Shown: positions 7,906 to 18,163, counted from the first letter of the stretch. The stretch is 64,000 nucleotides of DNA from Gemmatimonadales bacterium (GCA_038250675.1 JBBSCB010000001.1:20877-84876); one strand, 5' to 3'. Made by a program: numbers and translations. The notes: a model not told the origin generated them from the letters alone.

Positions 7906-8496
7906 TCAGAAGACGAATACGTCCGCACCGAGTGAAAGCCGGACCGGGTGGACGGTGTTGGCCCCGGTCCAGTAAGACGTCGACCAGCCCTTCCGGCCAG
8001 TCAGGTCCACCTCGGCGGTGAGCCCCGCATGCTGCGCCAGCCGTGCGGTGAGTCCTCCGCCCAGGACCGCCTCGAAGCTCACCCCCGATGTGGCGACGTC
8101 GAACGTGTGGTCGGTGCTGTTGGTGGACAGCAACAGGAGGCGACCGGTGGCGTACGGCAGGAAGCGGCTGCCCGGGCCCGCGAGAAAGTACGTCGCCCCC
8201 GGCCCGAGCCCCACCACGTGCGTGTTGCCGAACAGACTGGTGTAGCGCTCGAACGTGATTGCACCTGCCAGCGCCAGCTCGGGCCTGATGAAGTAGCCGG
8301 CGTTGGCATCGAGCGAAAAGAGCTTGATGTTCGATTCATAGCCGCCCTTGATCTGTGTGCCGACGTGCCCGATGAGGCCGATGGCGACTGTGCCGCGCCC
8401 GGTGGCGTAATAATCCTGCCCGTGCGCCGCGGCCGGCAACGCACCGGCCGCCAGCGCAATCAGCACAGCCGGACGCACGCAGGAAGGAAGTCGCAT
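7906..8496 (-). CDS. outer-membrane beta-barrel protein
   Basis: Signal peptide MRLPSCVRPAVLIALAAGALPAAAHG, alternating amphipathic strands, and a C-terminal ...LSLGADVFVF ending in Phe. Confidence 0.7.
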   Translation of the reverse strand: MRLPSCVRPAVLIALAAGALPAAAHGQDYYATGRGTVAIGLIGHVGTQIKGGYESNIKLFSLDANAGYFIRPELALAGAITFERYTSLFGNTHVVGLGPGATYFLAGPGSRFLPYATGRLLLLSTNSTDHTFDVATSGVSFEAVLGGGLTARLAQHAGLTAEVDLTGRKGWSTSYWTGANTVHPVRLSLGADVFVF

Positions 8497-8906
8497 CAAT
8501 CGCCGTGAAGTTCCGGATCGCACCGGCCCAGCGAATCCAGCTGGCCGCGTGGCACCGCAACCCACGAGCGCTCGGATGGGTGGTCCGCCGTCGTGATGTA
8601 TACGTCGGCCCGGTGGATTCCGGCGAACATGAGTGCCATGAACCGGGTCTCTGCCGCCTCGTCCCGATCGAGCCTGACGGCCAGACAGCGTCCCACCCGC
8701 ATCACGTGCCCCGTCTCATACGTGACCAGCGCGGTGTCCGCTCCCAGCTGCATTCTGATGATCATGCCGGTCTGGACGGAGGGCCCGGTGGAATCGGCGG
8801 CGGCCGCCGCCTGCTGAGCGCGTAGCACGCACGGACCGGCCAGGGCCAACACTGCCGCCGTCAGCACCGCGCGCAGGAATCGATGCCAGCCGTCGCGCGA
8901 TCTCAC
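8496..8906 (-). CDS. hypothetical secreted protein
   Basis: GTG 8906 overlaps the upstream stop (GTGA). Signal peptide is FLRAVLTAAVLALAGPCVLRAQQ. The stop overlaps the ATG of the downstream OMP gene (TGATG). Confidence 0.5.
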   Translation of the reverse strand: MRSRDGWHRFLRAVLTAAVLALAGPCVLRAQQAAAAADSTGPSVQTGMIIRMQLGADTALVTYETGHVMRVGRCLAVRLDRDEAAETRFMALMFAGIHRADVYITTADHPSERSWVAVPRGQLDSLGRCDPELHGD

Positions 8907-9334
8907 GGGTGGCCCGCCATGATCCAGTCCCGCAACAACCTCCATGTCCCCATCGAGACCGCCGGGGACAGCGTCATGGCGAGCGTACCCGCCATCCCCG
9001 CCACGACGGCGCCGAGCGTCCACCGGCCGCGCACCGCCCGCCGCCAGACCGCCAGCACGACCAGCAGGATCACGAGCGGGACCAGCACGGCCAGCGTGAT
9101 CACGACGAGCTCCCCGACCCACAGCCGTGGAGTTGCCGTACGCAATCGGCCCAGATGCAGCATCACATAGAGCCCGGCGACACCGCCGAGCCATGCGACG
9201 AGGAAGATCCAGGGAATTCGCTCAAGCCGGCCCCGTGCGTACGCCACGGCGGTGGCTGCCGCAAATCCCACCGCCACCGCCAGAAACACCGGCCACCCCT
9301 GCGTGTGCGCGTTGACCCACGGTGATACGGACAC
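8903..9334 (-). CDS. hypothetical 4-TM membrane protein
   Basis: 143-aa ORF with four clear hydrophobic helices. It is the first gene of a coupled trio. Confidence 0.6.
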   Translation of the reverse strand: MSVSPWVNAHTQGWPVFLAVAVGFAAATAVAYARGRLERIPWIFLVAWLGGVAGLYVMLHLGRLRTATPRLWVGELVVITLAVLVPLVILLVVLAVWRRAVRGRWTLGAVVAGMAGTLAMTLSPAVSMGTWRLLRDWIMAGHP

Positions 9335-9454
9335 GACGGCCCCCTGGTGACGAGGACGGGTTGATCAGCATGTCATGCGAGCGGAAGTCGGACGAGACAC
9401 ACGATACACTCTGCGACTTTCCAACGTGGGGCGCCACTGGGGAAAGCCCTGGGC

Positions 9455-12124
9455 TCACAGCCCGTCGGTTTCCATGACCCAGACGTTGCTCTGGCGCTCC
9501 TCGACCGTGAAGTAAATCCGGCCGCGACCGAGCCCCCAACCGGGGCGGTAGGACGGCCGCAGCGGATCGTCCAGTCGCAGCAGCTCGCGCGGCGCACCAC
9601 CCTCGACGGGCACCGACCAGAACGACGCCACCCCGTGACGGTCCCAGCTCTTGAAGTAGATGCTACGGCCGTCCGGCGCCCAGACCGTCGTGGCCGCGCG
9701 GGGAAAGCCCGGCTTCGACGCATCCATCACCGTGCGCACCGGGCCCGAATCCACCGGCACCACCATCAGCGGTGACGGCCCACCGTCGAACCGCATGCTG
9801 AACGCCAGCGACCGCCCGTCCGGCGACCAGGTGGGTCCGATCCCGTATGGCACCCGCTCCACCGGCGTGCCCCAACTGCCGTCCGGGTGCCGCCGGACCA
9901 CCCAGATCCCGCCGGCCGTGGTGAGGTCCATGAACGCGAGCGCCTTCCCGTCGGGGGACCAGTCCGCCAGCGCCTCCTGGCGCGGGGACGAAGTCACCTG
10001 CTGTCGCGGCCTGCCGTCGAGTGGCTGCACGTAGATGTCGCGTGAGCCGTGCCGCCACGAGTGAAAGACGATCTCCCGTCCGTCGGGCGACGGCACCGCC
10101 GCGAAGTCGTCGCTCGAGTCAGCGGTGAGCCGCTCGGCCTCGCCGCCGGACAGCCGGAGCCGGTAAATGTCCGAATGGCCGTTGAGATTCGAGTCGTAGT
10201 AGAGCCACTGGCCGTCGGCCGACAGGCGCACCGTTTCGATCACCTGGTTGCCGCGCGTGACCTGCACCGCCTGCGACTGGCGGACCGGCGGGCCGCCCGG
10301 CGCCGGCAGCGGCAGCCACCAGATGTTGCCGCTGGTGCTGTAGACGTTGTATGCCAGGTGGCGGCCGTCCCGCGCAAGCGAGATTGACTGGGCGCCGAGC
10401 CCCACGGTGAGCCGCACGGGGCTGCCGATCGGGGTGCCGTCGCGTCCGATCCCGAGCATGAAGACGTCCCGGGGCCCGCTCCGGTCCGAGATGAAGTAGA
10501 GGTGATGGCCGTCGGGCGACCAGACCGGAGACTGGTTCAGGGTCGTGCTGTCGGTGACCGAGACGACGCGCCCATCCGCGACGCGGCAGACGACGATGCG
10601 GCTGGGCGAGAGGTTGCCGAACGTCAGCCCCAGGGCGATGTAGCGCACGTTGCCGGCGGCACACGCCAGCAGCGTGGCATCGGGTGACCAGGTGCACTGC
10701 GAGGGTTCCAGCAGCACCGCGAGCCGCCGCGCGGCACCGTCCCGTGGCCGGACCAGAATCGAATCTCCCATGACATAGGCGATCGTGGCGCCGTCGGGGG
10801 ACCAGGCCGCGGACATTACCCCGGCGTCGGGACCCGCCGGGATTTCCTGGTGCGCCGCGCCGCCCGATGCTGGTGCGCTGAAGACGCCGCCGCCGCTCAG
10901 GAAGAGCACCCTGGTGCCGTCGGGCGACCACGACGGCAGACTCTGAGCCTGGGTGGTGTCGTCGGTGAGCGGAATCTGGCGGCCGCCGGCCACCGGCCGC
11001 ACGTACACCCGCGCATCCACCGACGTGCCCGCCGCGTATGCCACGCTCCTCCCGTCGGGGGAGATGGCGGGCTGGACCTCCAAGCCGGGATCGGACGTCA
11101 CCTGCCGGGACTGACCGAAGCTGGCGCCGGCGGCGGCGCTTGCGGCGGGCCGCAGCCAGCCCCAGAGCGCCAGCACGATCGCCACCGCGGCCAGCGTCCA
11201 GCCGGCAAGCGCCCCACGGGCGAGCGCCGTCGAGCGCCTGCCCGCGTCGCGCCCCGCGGTTGAATGGTCGGCGGACCGCGCTCCGTCCCGCGTTCCGCCG
11301 GCGAGCGCCGCCGCAAACTCAGCGGCGGTGGCGTACCGGTCCGCCGGCAGCTTTTCCAGCGCGGTGAGTACCGCATCCTCCACCGCCTGCGGCACCCGCT
11401 CCCGCTGCCGGCGGATCGGGGCCGGCTTCTCGGTCATCACCTTGGCCACGATCGCCTGAGGGGTGGGGCCGCTGAACGGCGGCTCGCCGGTCAGCATCTC
11501 GTAGGTGACGCACCCAAGCGCGTAGATGTCGGCCCGGGCATCGAGGTCGCGCTCGCCCATCGCCTGTTCGGGCGACATGTAGTGCGGCGTGCCGAGCGAC
11601 ATGCCGGTCTCGGTCATGCGCGAGCCGCCGGTCCGCGCCGCGGCCAGTGCGATCCCGAAATCGGCCACCAGCGCGTGGCCGCCGTGGAGCAGGATGTTCT
11701 CCGGCTTGATGTCGCGGTGGATCACGCCGTGCTGGTGGGCGTACTGCAGCGCGTCGGCCACCTCGCGCGCGATCCGGAGCGCATCCTCGATCGGCAACTG
11801 CTTTTCCCGCGTCAGCCGGTCCCGCAACGACTCGCCCTCGACGAACGGCATCACGTAGAACACGGTGCCGTCCACCCGCCCCGAGTCGAACAGCGCCAGG
11901 ATGTGTGGGTGCTGCAGATTGGCCGTCGTCTTGATCTCGGCCAGGAAGCGGTCGGCACCGATCACCGCGGCGAGCTCGGGCCGGAGCACCTTGACCGCAA
12001 CCTTGCGGTCGTGCTTGAGATCCTGAGCCAGGTAGACCGTGGCCATCCCGCCGGCGCCCAGTTCGCGCTCGAGCTGGTAGCGCTCGGTCAGGGCGGTGCG
12101 AAGCTGGTCGGGGACGTCGGTCAC
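9455..12124 (-). CDS. Ser/Thr protein kinase with TM segment and C-terminal PD40/TolB-like beta-propeller
   Basis: Hanks motifs are present: GAGGMATVY, VAVKVL, HRDIKPENILL, DFGIA, SPEQ. A TM helix (WTLAAVAIVLALWGW) is followed by about 10 SPDG-type PD40 repeats. The GTG start overlaps the upstream stop (GTGA). Confidence 0.93.
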   Translation of the reverse strand: MTDVPDQLRTALTERYQLERELGAGGMATVYLAQDLKHDRKVAVKVLRPELAAVIGADRFLAEIKTTANLQHPHILALFDSGRVDGTVFYVMPFVEGESLRDRLTREKQLPIEDALRIAREVADALQYAHQHGVIHRDIKPENILLHGGHALVADFGIALAAARTGGSRMTETGMSLGTPHYMSPEQAMGERDLDARADIYALGCVTYEMLTGEPPFSGPTPQAIVAKVMTEKPAPIRRQRERVPQAVEDAVLTALEKLPADRYATAAEFAAALAGGTRDGARSADHSTAGRDAGRRSTALARGALAGWTLAAVAIVLALWGWLRPAASAAAGASFGQSRQVTSDPGLEVQPAISPDGRSVAYAAGTSVDARVYVRPVAGGRQIPLTDDTTQAQSLPSWSPDGTRVLFLSGGGVFSAPASGGAAHQEIPAGPDAGVMSAAWSPDGATIAYVMGDSILVRPRDGAARRLAVLLEPSQCTWSPDATLLACAAGNVRYIALGLTFGNLSPSRIVVCRVADGRVVSVTDSTTLNQSPVWSPDGHHLYFISDRSGPRDVFMLGIGRDGTPIGSPVRLTVGLGAQSISLARDGRHLAYNVYSTSGNIWWLPLPAPGGPPVRQSQAVQVTRGNQVIETVRLSADGQWLYYDSNLNGHSDIYRLRLSGGEAERLTADSSDDFAAVPSPDGREIVFHSWRHGSRDIYVQPLDGRPRQQVTSSPRQEALADWSPDGKALAFMDLTTAGGIWVVRRHPDGSWGTPVERVPYGIGPTWSPDGRSLAFSMRFDGGPSPLMVVPVDSGPVRTVMDASKPGFPRAATTVWAPDGRSIYFKSWDRHGVASFWSVPVEGGAPRELLRLDDPLRPSYRPGWGLGRGRIYFTVEERQSNVWVMETDGL

Positions 12125-14352
12125 GCGCTGAACGCCGCCGTGAGCTGCCGCGCCCGTTCCGCGATGTCGGCGAAGCGCGGCAGATCCCGCAGCGGTGCCA
12201 TGAAGGGGCAGTGCTCGGCGATGTATGGATAGGGATGGAACCCCTGCTCCACCGCCTGCTCCAGCAGGTCGAGCGCCCGGTCGGTGTCACCCGCCATCGC
12301 GAACGATTCGGCCAGATGGAACTTGTGGTGCCCATCGAGGCCGGTGACGCCGGCCAGATGCGCGAGCGCGTCGTCCCGGCGCCCGGACAGCGCGTCCACC
12401 AGCGCCAGGATCTGGAGCGTGTACGGCATCTCCGGCACCCGTGCCGCCATCAGCATGGCGTGGGTGCGTGCCTCGTCCACCGACCCCACGAGCGCCAGGT
12501 TGTACGCCAGTGACCAGCGACCGATGATGCTCTCGGGATCCAGCTCCACTCCCGCCGTCGAGCTGGCCACGCCATCGGCCGGATGCCCGGTGAACCAGGT
12601 CGGGATGGCCGTCAGCATCCACGCCAGCGCCGAGAGCGGGTCGCACGCCATGAAGCGCCGCGCGACGTCCTCCGCGGCCTCGTTCTGCCCCGCGCCGATA
12701 TAGCTCACGCCGAGGTGCAGCAGCGCGTCGGCATCGTTGGGTGCCCGGTCCAGGGCCGCGCGGAAGTGGCGGACCGCGTTCGCCAGGTGACCCCGCTCGT
12801 AGCCGATCATCCCCAGGATCGCATGGCCGTACGGCGCTGCCGGCGCCTGTACCAGGAGCGCCCGCGCAACGGCCTCCGCATCGTCCAGTTCCCGCGCCGG
12901 ATGCTGCGCGGTGCCGGAGCGCACCCGGACCACGCTGGCCCAGGCAGCCACCCCCTGCAGCGGCGGCGTGCGCCCCTCGATGGCAATGGCGGCATCGAGA
13001 AACGCCATCCCCCGGTCCACGTCGTAGCGGGTGATCTCCTGGCGGGCCCTCAGGTAGAGCTCGAACGCGCGCACGTTCCGGATCGGACGGTCGGTGAGCC
13101 GCGCGTCCTCCTCGGCGCCGAGCGTCAGATCAAGCGCCTGCACGATGGCGCGCGAGACCCGCTCCTGCACGTCGAACACGTCGTCCATGGTGCCGCTGTA
13201 CTTCTCGCCCCAGAGCTGCGCATCGTTCTGCGTGTCCACCAGTTGGGCGGTGATGCGGAGCGCGTTGCCCGCCTTGCGCACGCTTCCCTCGAGGGCGTAG
13301 CGCACACCCAGCTCCCGCCCGATTGCGCGGACGCCCTTGGTGGTGCCCTTGAGCTGCATGGACGAGGTGCGGGAGATCACCTGCAGCGAGCGGATCGCCG
13401 CCAGATCGCTGATCAGCTCCTCGGTCAGCCCGTCGCTGAAATACTCGTGGTCCGGTTCGGCGCTGAGGTTGGTGAACGGGAGGACCACGATGCCGCGGCG
13501 GTCGAGTGTGGCGGTCGGGGCCTCGGGGGCGGCCAGCGCCTCGGCCAGCTCGCGGCAGGTGGCGAACCGATCGCCCGACGCGGTGGCCATCGCCTTGCGC
13601 ACCACGTCGTCGAGCGCAGCGGTGACCTCGCTGCGGCGGGCCCGGGGCGAGGGCGGCTCGGCGGTCATCCGTCGCGCGAGCATCGCCATCGCCGACCCGG
13701 TGAAGGGCAGCTCGCCGGTGAGGCATTCGAAAAGCATGCAGCCCAGCGCGTAGACGTCGCTCCGGCCGTCGAGTGGCTCCCCGGCCACCTGTTCCGGCGA
13801 GATGTACGCCGGCGTGCCGACCACCTCGCCCACCTGCGTCAGGCGCGACGTCTCGGGCTCGGCGGTCACCCGCGCGATGCCGAAATCCGCCACCATCGCG
13901 TGGCCGGCGCTCAGCAGGATGTTCTCCGGCTTGATGTCGCGATGCACAATGCCGGCGCGGTGGGCGTAGTCGAGCGCGTCGGCCACCTCGCCCATCAGCC
14001 GCAGGGCGTCGCCGATCGACAACCGGCCCTCGCGGGCCAGGCGGGTGCGCAGCGTCTCCCCGTCCACGTACGGCATGATGTAGTAGAGCAGCCCGTCGGA
14101 GGCGCCCGAGTCATGCAGCGGCAGGATGTTGGGGTGCTGCAGGTTGGCCGTCGTCCGGATCTCGCTGAGGAAGCGCTCGGGCCCCACCGCGCTCGCGAGC
14201 GCGGAGTGCAGCACCTTGATGGCGACCTGGCGGTCGTGCCGGAGGTCGGCGGCAAGGTACACGGTGGCCATGCCGCCGGCGCCGAGCTCGCGCACCGGGC
14301 GATAGCGGCCCGCCAGCGCCGCGGTCAGCCGATCCATCGCTTCAGCCGCCAC
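12121..14352 (-). CDS. Ser/Thr protein kinase with TolB-N-like and TPR C-terminal region
   Basis: Hanks motifs are present: GAGGMATVY, VAIKVL, HRDIKPENILL, DFGIA. These are followed by IVVLPFTNLSAEPDHEYFSDGLTEELISDL...RITAQLVD and TPR-like helices. The start is GTG 14352 or ATG 14337. Confidence 0.9.
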   Translation of the reverse strand: MAAEAMDRLTAALAGRYRPVRELGAGGMATVYLAADLRHDRQVAIKVLHSALASAVGPERFLSEIRTTANLQHPNILPLHDSGASDGLLYYIMPYVDGETLRTRLAREGRLSIGDALRLMGEVADALDYAHRAGIVHRDIKPENILLSAGHAMVADFGIARVTAEPETSRLTQVGEVVGTPAYISPEQVAGEPLDGRSDVYALGCMLFECLTGELPFTGSAMAMLARRMTAEPPSPRARRSEVTAALDDVVRKAMATASGDRFATCRELAEALAAPEAPTATLDRRGIVVLPFTNLSAEPDHEYFSDGLTEELISDLAAIRSLQVISRTSSMQLKGTTKGVRAIGRELGVRYALEGSVRKAGNALRITAQLVDTQNDAQLWGEKYSGTMDDVFDVQERVSRAIVQALDLTLGAEEDARLTDRPIRNVRAFELYLRARQEITRYDVDRGMAFLDAAIAIEGRTPPLQGVAAWASVVRVRSGTAQHPARELDDAEAVARALLVQAPAAPYGHAILGMIGYERGHLANAVRHFRAALDRAPNDADALLHLGVSYIGAGQNEAAEDVARRFMACDPLSALAWMLTAIPTWFTGHPADGVASSTAGVELDPESIIGRWSLAYNLALVGSVDEARTHAMLMAARVPEMPYTLQILALVDALSGRRDDALAHLAGVTGLDGHHKFHLAESFAMAGDTDRALDLLEQAVEQGFHPYPYIAEHCPFMAPLRDLPRFADIAERARQLTAAFSA

Positions 14353-15220
14353 GCGACGGACCGGCCGGCGGCAGCGGCGCGCGGGCCACGATCAGCGTGA
14401 CGTTGTCGCTGCCGCCCCGCTCGAGAGCCAGCCCGAGCAGCGTGCCGCAGAGCTGCTCCGCCGACGTCATCGCCGCCGCGTGATCCCGGATCTCGTCGTT
14501 GCTCACGTGCTTGGTCAGGCCATCGGTGGCGAGCAGCAGCACGCACCCGCGGGGAATCTCCATGCGGGTGACCACCGGCATCGCCTCGTCGCCGCCGATC
14601 GCGCTGGCCAGCACGTGGCTGAACGGTGACTGCGCCATGCGGTCCGCCGGCAGGACGCCGTCGTCCACCAGTCCCTGCGCGATCGTCTGATCACGGGTGA
14701 GCTGGGTCAGCTCGCCGTCCCAGTACCGGTAGCAGCGGCTGTCGCCCACTTGCGTCACGTAGAGCCAGGGAAAAACGGCAACCGCGAGCGTGAGCGTCGT
14801 CGCCATCCTGGCCGCCCGGTCCAGCCGGGCCTTGTCGCGGACCGCGGTGTGGGCCTCGCATGCCGCCGCCGTGAGCGCCTGATGGAACTCGGCGTCGCTG
14901 GCGGTCCCGGCCGCATGATACGATCGCAGCGAGGAGACGACGTAGTGCATCGTCGCCTCCAGCGCCAGCCGGCTCGCCTCGGCGCCACTGGTCCCGCCCC
15001 CCACGCCGTCGGCCACCAGCATGAACGTGGCCATCCGCTCGCCGCGGAGCGGCAGCGCGGTCGTGTCGGGCAGGCTGGTGCCGTGCACCACCACCTGGGG
15101 GTGGACGGTACAGAGGAGAAAGTGATCCTGGTTCTCCTTGCGCACGTGACCGATGTGGGTGACGCCAAAGACGTCGAGCTCGGTGTCGAGCGGGCGAATC
15201 CAGTGTTCGTCAGTCGTCAT
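14342..15220 (-). CDS. PP2C-family Ser/Thr phosphatase
   Basis: ATG 15220 is preceded by GGGGGGA. PP2C motifs are present: THIGHVRKENQDHF, LVADGVGG, LLLATDGLT, GGSDNVT. Confidence 0.88.
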   Translation of the reverse strand: MTTDEHWIRPLDTELDVFGVTHIGHVRKENQDHFLLCTVHPQVVVHGTSLPDTTALPLRGERMATFMLVADGVGGGTSGAEASRLALEATMHYVVSSLRSYHAAGTASDAEFHQALTAAACEAHTAVRDKARLDRAARMATTLTLAVAVFPWLYVTQVGDSRCYRYWDGELTQLTRDQTIAQGLVDDGVLPADRMAQSPFSHVLASAIGGDEAMPVVTRMEIPRGCVLLLATDGLTKHVSNDEIRDHAAAMTSAEQLCGTLLGLALERGGSDNVTLIVARAPLPPAGPSRGG

Positions 15221-15242
15221 GACATCCCCCCGGGACCCGGCA

Positions 15243-17912
15243 TCACGGCGCCAGCCGTGCGCGGAGGTCCGCAAACCAGTTGTCCACCTGTACCAGGTGC
15301 GCCTCGTGCAGCGCTGAGAATTGCAGCGGTCCCGCAAGGAGAAAGTGCCCGTCCCGTGTGACGTCGAATCCCTGATGGTAGCCGGTAAACCCAAAGCGTG
15401 ACGCGTCGAACAGCGGGTGAAGATCCGTCACGCTGAAGTCGGGACCGGGCGCGACCGACGCCGCGACCAGCCGGGTGGCGGCGCCGAGGAAGAAGAGCTC
15501 GCGCCCGTCCGGCGACCAGACTGGCGACTCCCCGCCGCCATTGGACACCTGCCACTTCCCCGCGTCGGCGGCGGAAAACGGCCGCACGTAGACCTCGTCG
15601 AGACCAGCCTCATTCGAGACGTACGCCAGCCACCGCCCGTCGGGCGAGACCGCCGGCTGCAGCTCGGCAAAGCGCGTCGTCGCCAGGTTCATCACGGCGG
15701 TGTCGCCGCCGGTCGGCAGCGCCAGGATGTCGCCGTTGCCGGCGGCACCGGTCTCGGTGCGCACCAGAAGCCACCGGCCGTCCGGCGACCAGGCGACCTC
15801 CTGGATCGCGCGGTCGTAGTGCGTGAGCCGCCGCTCGGCCCCGCCCCCGTCCGCGGCCCGCACGAAGACGTCGCCGCCAATGGCACTGTCGCGGATGAAC
15901 GCGATCTCCCGGCCATCCGGCGACCACGCGGGCCGCCGGTCGTGCCCGCTGAACGTCAGGCGGGTGAACGGACCGCGATCGAGCCGCTTGATCCAGATAT
16001 TGAGCCCGGCACCGGGCGTCACCACCCCCACCGCGACGCGGCGCCCATCGGGTGAGCGCGCCAACGAATTGAAGTCGCCGGTCCACGTCGAATCCACCAT
16101 GGCGGCCTGCCCGTCCCGCCCGACGCGATAGATCGTGGCCCCACCGGAAATCGAGCCCGCCGTGGCATACACCAGCACCCCAGACGGCGACCACGCCAGG
16201 TCCACGATGGACTGGGTCCGCGCCACGTCCTCCAGCACCGGCGCCGCCGCGCCATGAATCGCCAGCTTGTCCAGGTCGAACGGAACGATGAGCATCACAC
16301 CGTCGCGGCGGGCATACAGCAGATGGCCCGTCGGCAGATACCAGCCCATCGCGATGTCGTCGAGTAATATCTTCTCGCGCCCGGTCGCCAGGTCCAGTAC
16401 GTGCAGACTCATCGTGGCGCAGCCGGAACCGCAGACCTGGTACAGCACGCCCCGCGCGCGCGGGAGCGGCGTCGGCATCAGCGGTGCCAGCCCGCCGAGC
16501 ACGGTGTCGGGCAGCGCGACGGTGACCGCCCCACCGGATTGGCTCACCCGCCGAAGGCCGAGCAGCTGCGAGTTGGGAAAGACCAGCGTGCCATCGTCCA
16601 GCCAGGCGACGCCGCCGATCTCGGACGCCGAGTCCGCCAGCACAACGCCGGCGCCACCCCCGACCCGGATCTTCCGGAGGCGGCCATTCGCGATGTATGC
16701 CAGCCAGCGGCCGTCGGGAGAGAACGTGGGGTTAGTCGCATGCTCGGTGCCCGGAAGGAGCACCGGATCGGCCGCGTCCCGCCGCTTGACCCAGAGACGG
16801 GAGAGCGAGTCACCCACGAAGACGAGCAGCGATCCGTCGGGCGAGAGTGCGAGCGGGTGCCCATTCGTGAGCGCGGTCTGGAGCCCGGCGCTGTCGCCCA
16901 GCGAGAGGTAGGACCGCATGACCGGACGCACCGCGGCATTCCGCGCGCGGGCCCAGCCCCACACGCCGAGGGCCAGCGCCACGAGCGCCACCGCCGCCGC
17001 GGTCTGGAACCGTCGGCGCCACACGGCGGTCATGGCGTCGGCGCGGACCGTCCCGCCGTGGTGCAGCGCCTGTGTCGGCCCCGCACCGGACAACGCGTCG
17101 GCAAACTGCGCCGCCGTGGCAAACCGGTCCGCCGGCAGCTTCTCCAGCGCGTGCAGCACCGCATCCTCGACGTGCGGCGGGATGCTCCGGCGCTGCGTGG
17201 TGAGCCGGCGCGGGTCTTCGGTCATGACCCGGGCGATGATGGCCTGCGCGGTGGGGCCGGTGAACGGCGGCTCGCCCAGCAGCATCTCGTAGGTCACGCA
17301 GCCCAGCGCGTAGACGTCGCTCCGCGCGCTGATCTCGCGCTCGCCCATCGCCTGCTCAGGGCTCATGTAGTGGGGCGTGCCGAGCGACATGCCGGTCTCG
17401 GTCATCCGGGTGCCGGCGGTGCTCACCGCCAGCGCGATGCCAAAGTCCGCCACCAGCGCGCTGCCGTCGTGCAGCAGGATGTTCTCCGGCTTGATGTCGC
17501 GGTGGATCACGCCGTGGCGGTGGGCGTAGTCGAGCGCACCCGCCACCTCGCGCGCAATCCGCACCGCGTCGTCCACCGGCAGCTGGTGCTCCCGCGTGAT
17601 CCGCTCGCGGAGCGAAACCCCCTCGACGTACGGCATGACGTAGAAGAGGAAGCCGTCCGCCTCGCCAGAATCATGCAGCGGCAGAACGTGCGGGTGCTGG
17701 AGATTGGCGGTGGTCTTGATCTCGGAAAGGAACCGCTCCGCGCCGATCACCGCCGCGAGCTCGGGGCGCAGCACCTTGACCGCCACCCGGCGATCGTGCT
17801 TCAGGTCCTGCGCCAGGTACACCGTGGCCATGCCGCCGGCACCGAGCTCGCCTTCCAGGCGATAGCGGTCAGCCAGCGCCGCCGTGAGGCGCGCGTTCGC
17901 CGGTGCGGTCAT
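15243..17912 (-). CDS. Ser/Thr protein kinase with TM segment and C-terminal PD40/TolB-like beta-propeller
   Basis: Hanks motifs as in 9455-12124, a TM helix (AAAVALVALALGVWGW) and multiple SPDG repeats. The length is identical (889 aa) to the paralogue at 9455-12124. Confidence 0.93.
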   Translation of the reverse strand: MTAPANARLTAALADRYRLEGELGAGGMATVYLAQDLKHDRRVAVKVLRPELAAVIGAERFLSEIKTTANLQHPHVLPLHDSGEADGFLFYVMPYVEGVSLRERITREHQLPVDDAVRIAREVAGALDYAHRHGVIHRDIKPENILLHDGSALVADFGIALAVSTAGTRMTETGMSLGTPHYMSPEQAMGEREISARSDVYALGCVTYEMLLGEPPFTGPTAQAIIARVMTEDPRRLTTQRRSIPPHVEDAVLHALEKLPADRFATAAQFADALSGAGPTQALHHGGTVRADAMTAVWRRRFQTAAAVALVALALGVWGWARARNAAVRPVMRSYLSLGDSAGLQTALTNGHPLALSPDGSLLVFVGDSLSRLWVKRRDAADPVLLPGTEHATNPTFSPDGRWLAYIANGRLRKIRVGGGAGVVLADSASEIGGVAWLDDGTLVFPNSQLLGLRRVSQSGGAVTVALPDTVLGGLAPLMPTPLPRARGVLYQVCGSGCATMSLHVLDLATGREKILLDDIAMGWYLPTGHLLYARRDGVMLIVPFDLDKLAIHGAAAPVLEDVARTQSIVDLAWSPSGVLVYATAGSISGGATIYRVGRDGQAAMVDSTWTGDFNSLARSPDGRRVAVGVVTPGAGLNIWIKRLDRGPFTRLTFSGHDRRPAWSPDGREIAFIRDSAIGGDVFVRAADGGGAERRLTHYDRAIQEVAWSPDGRWLLVRTETGAAGNGDILALPTGGDTAVMNLATTRFAELQPAVSPDGRWLAYVSNEAGLDEVYVRPFSAADAGKWQVSNGGGESPVWSPDGRELFFLGAATRLVAASVAPGPDFSVTDLHPLFDASRFGFTGYHQGFDVTRDGHFLLAGPLQFSALHEAHLVQVDNWFADLRARLAP

Positions 17913-18163
17913 CGGTGCCGTTCCCGCGGCCGGAGGGCGCGCGCAGTGCGAAGCATGGCGCCTCGTGGTGGGCAGGGCAGCGCACCCTGCGATCGCCGGC
18001 GGCGTGTGTGAAGAGAAGTAGTCGGTATGCCCGAATCTACCGCCGGACCGGCACGGCGGCTAATGCGCCGCGGGCAGTCCCCGCACATAGCGGTCGAGCT
18101 CGGCCACGTTCCGCTCCTGCGCCCGGAACGTCCCTTCGGCCCGCATCGCCGGCGATCAGCGCG

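Noticed and set aside
18060-18146. 28-aa minus-strand ORF MRAEGTFRAQERNVAELDRYVRGLPAAH between the Smr gene and the kinase operon
   Set aside because: It is too short, has no SD and has an in-frame stop immediately upstream. It could be a remnant or chance.
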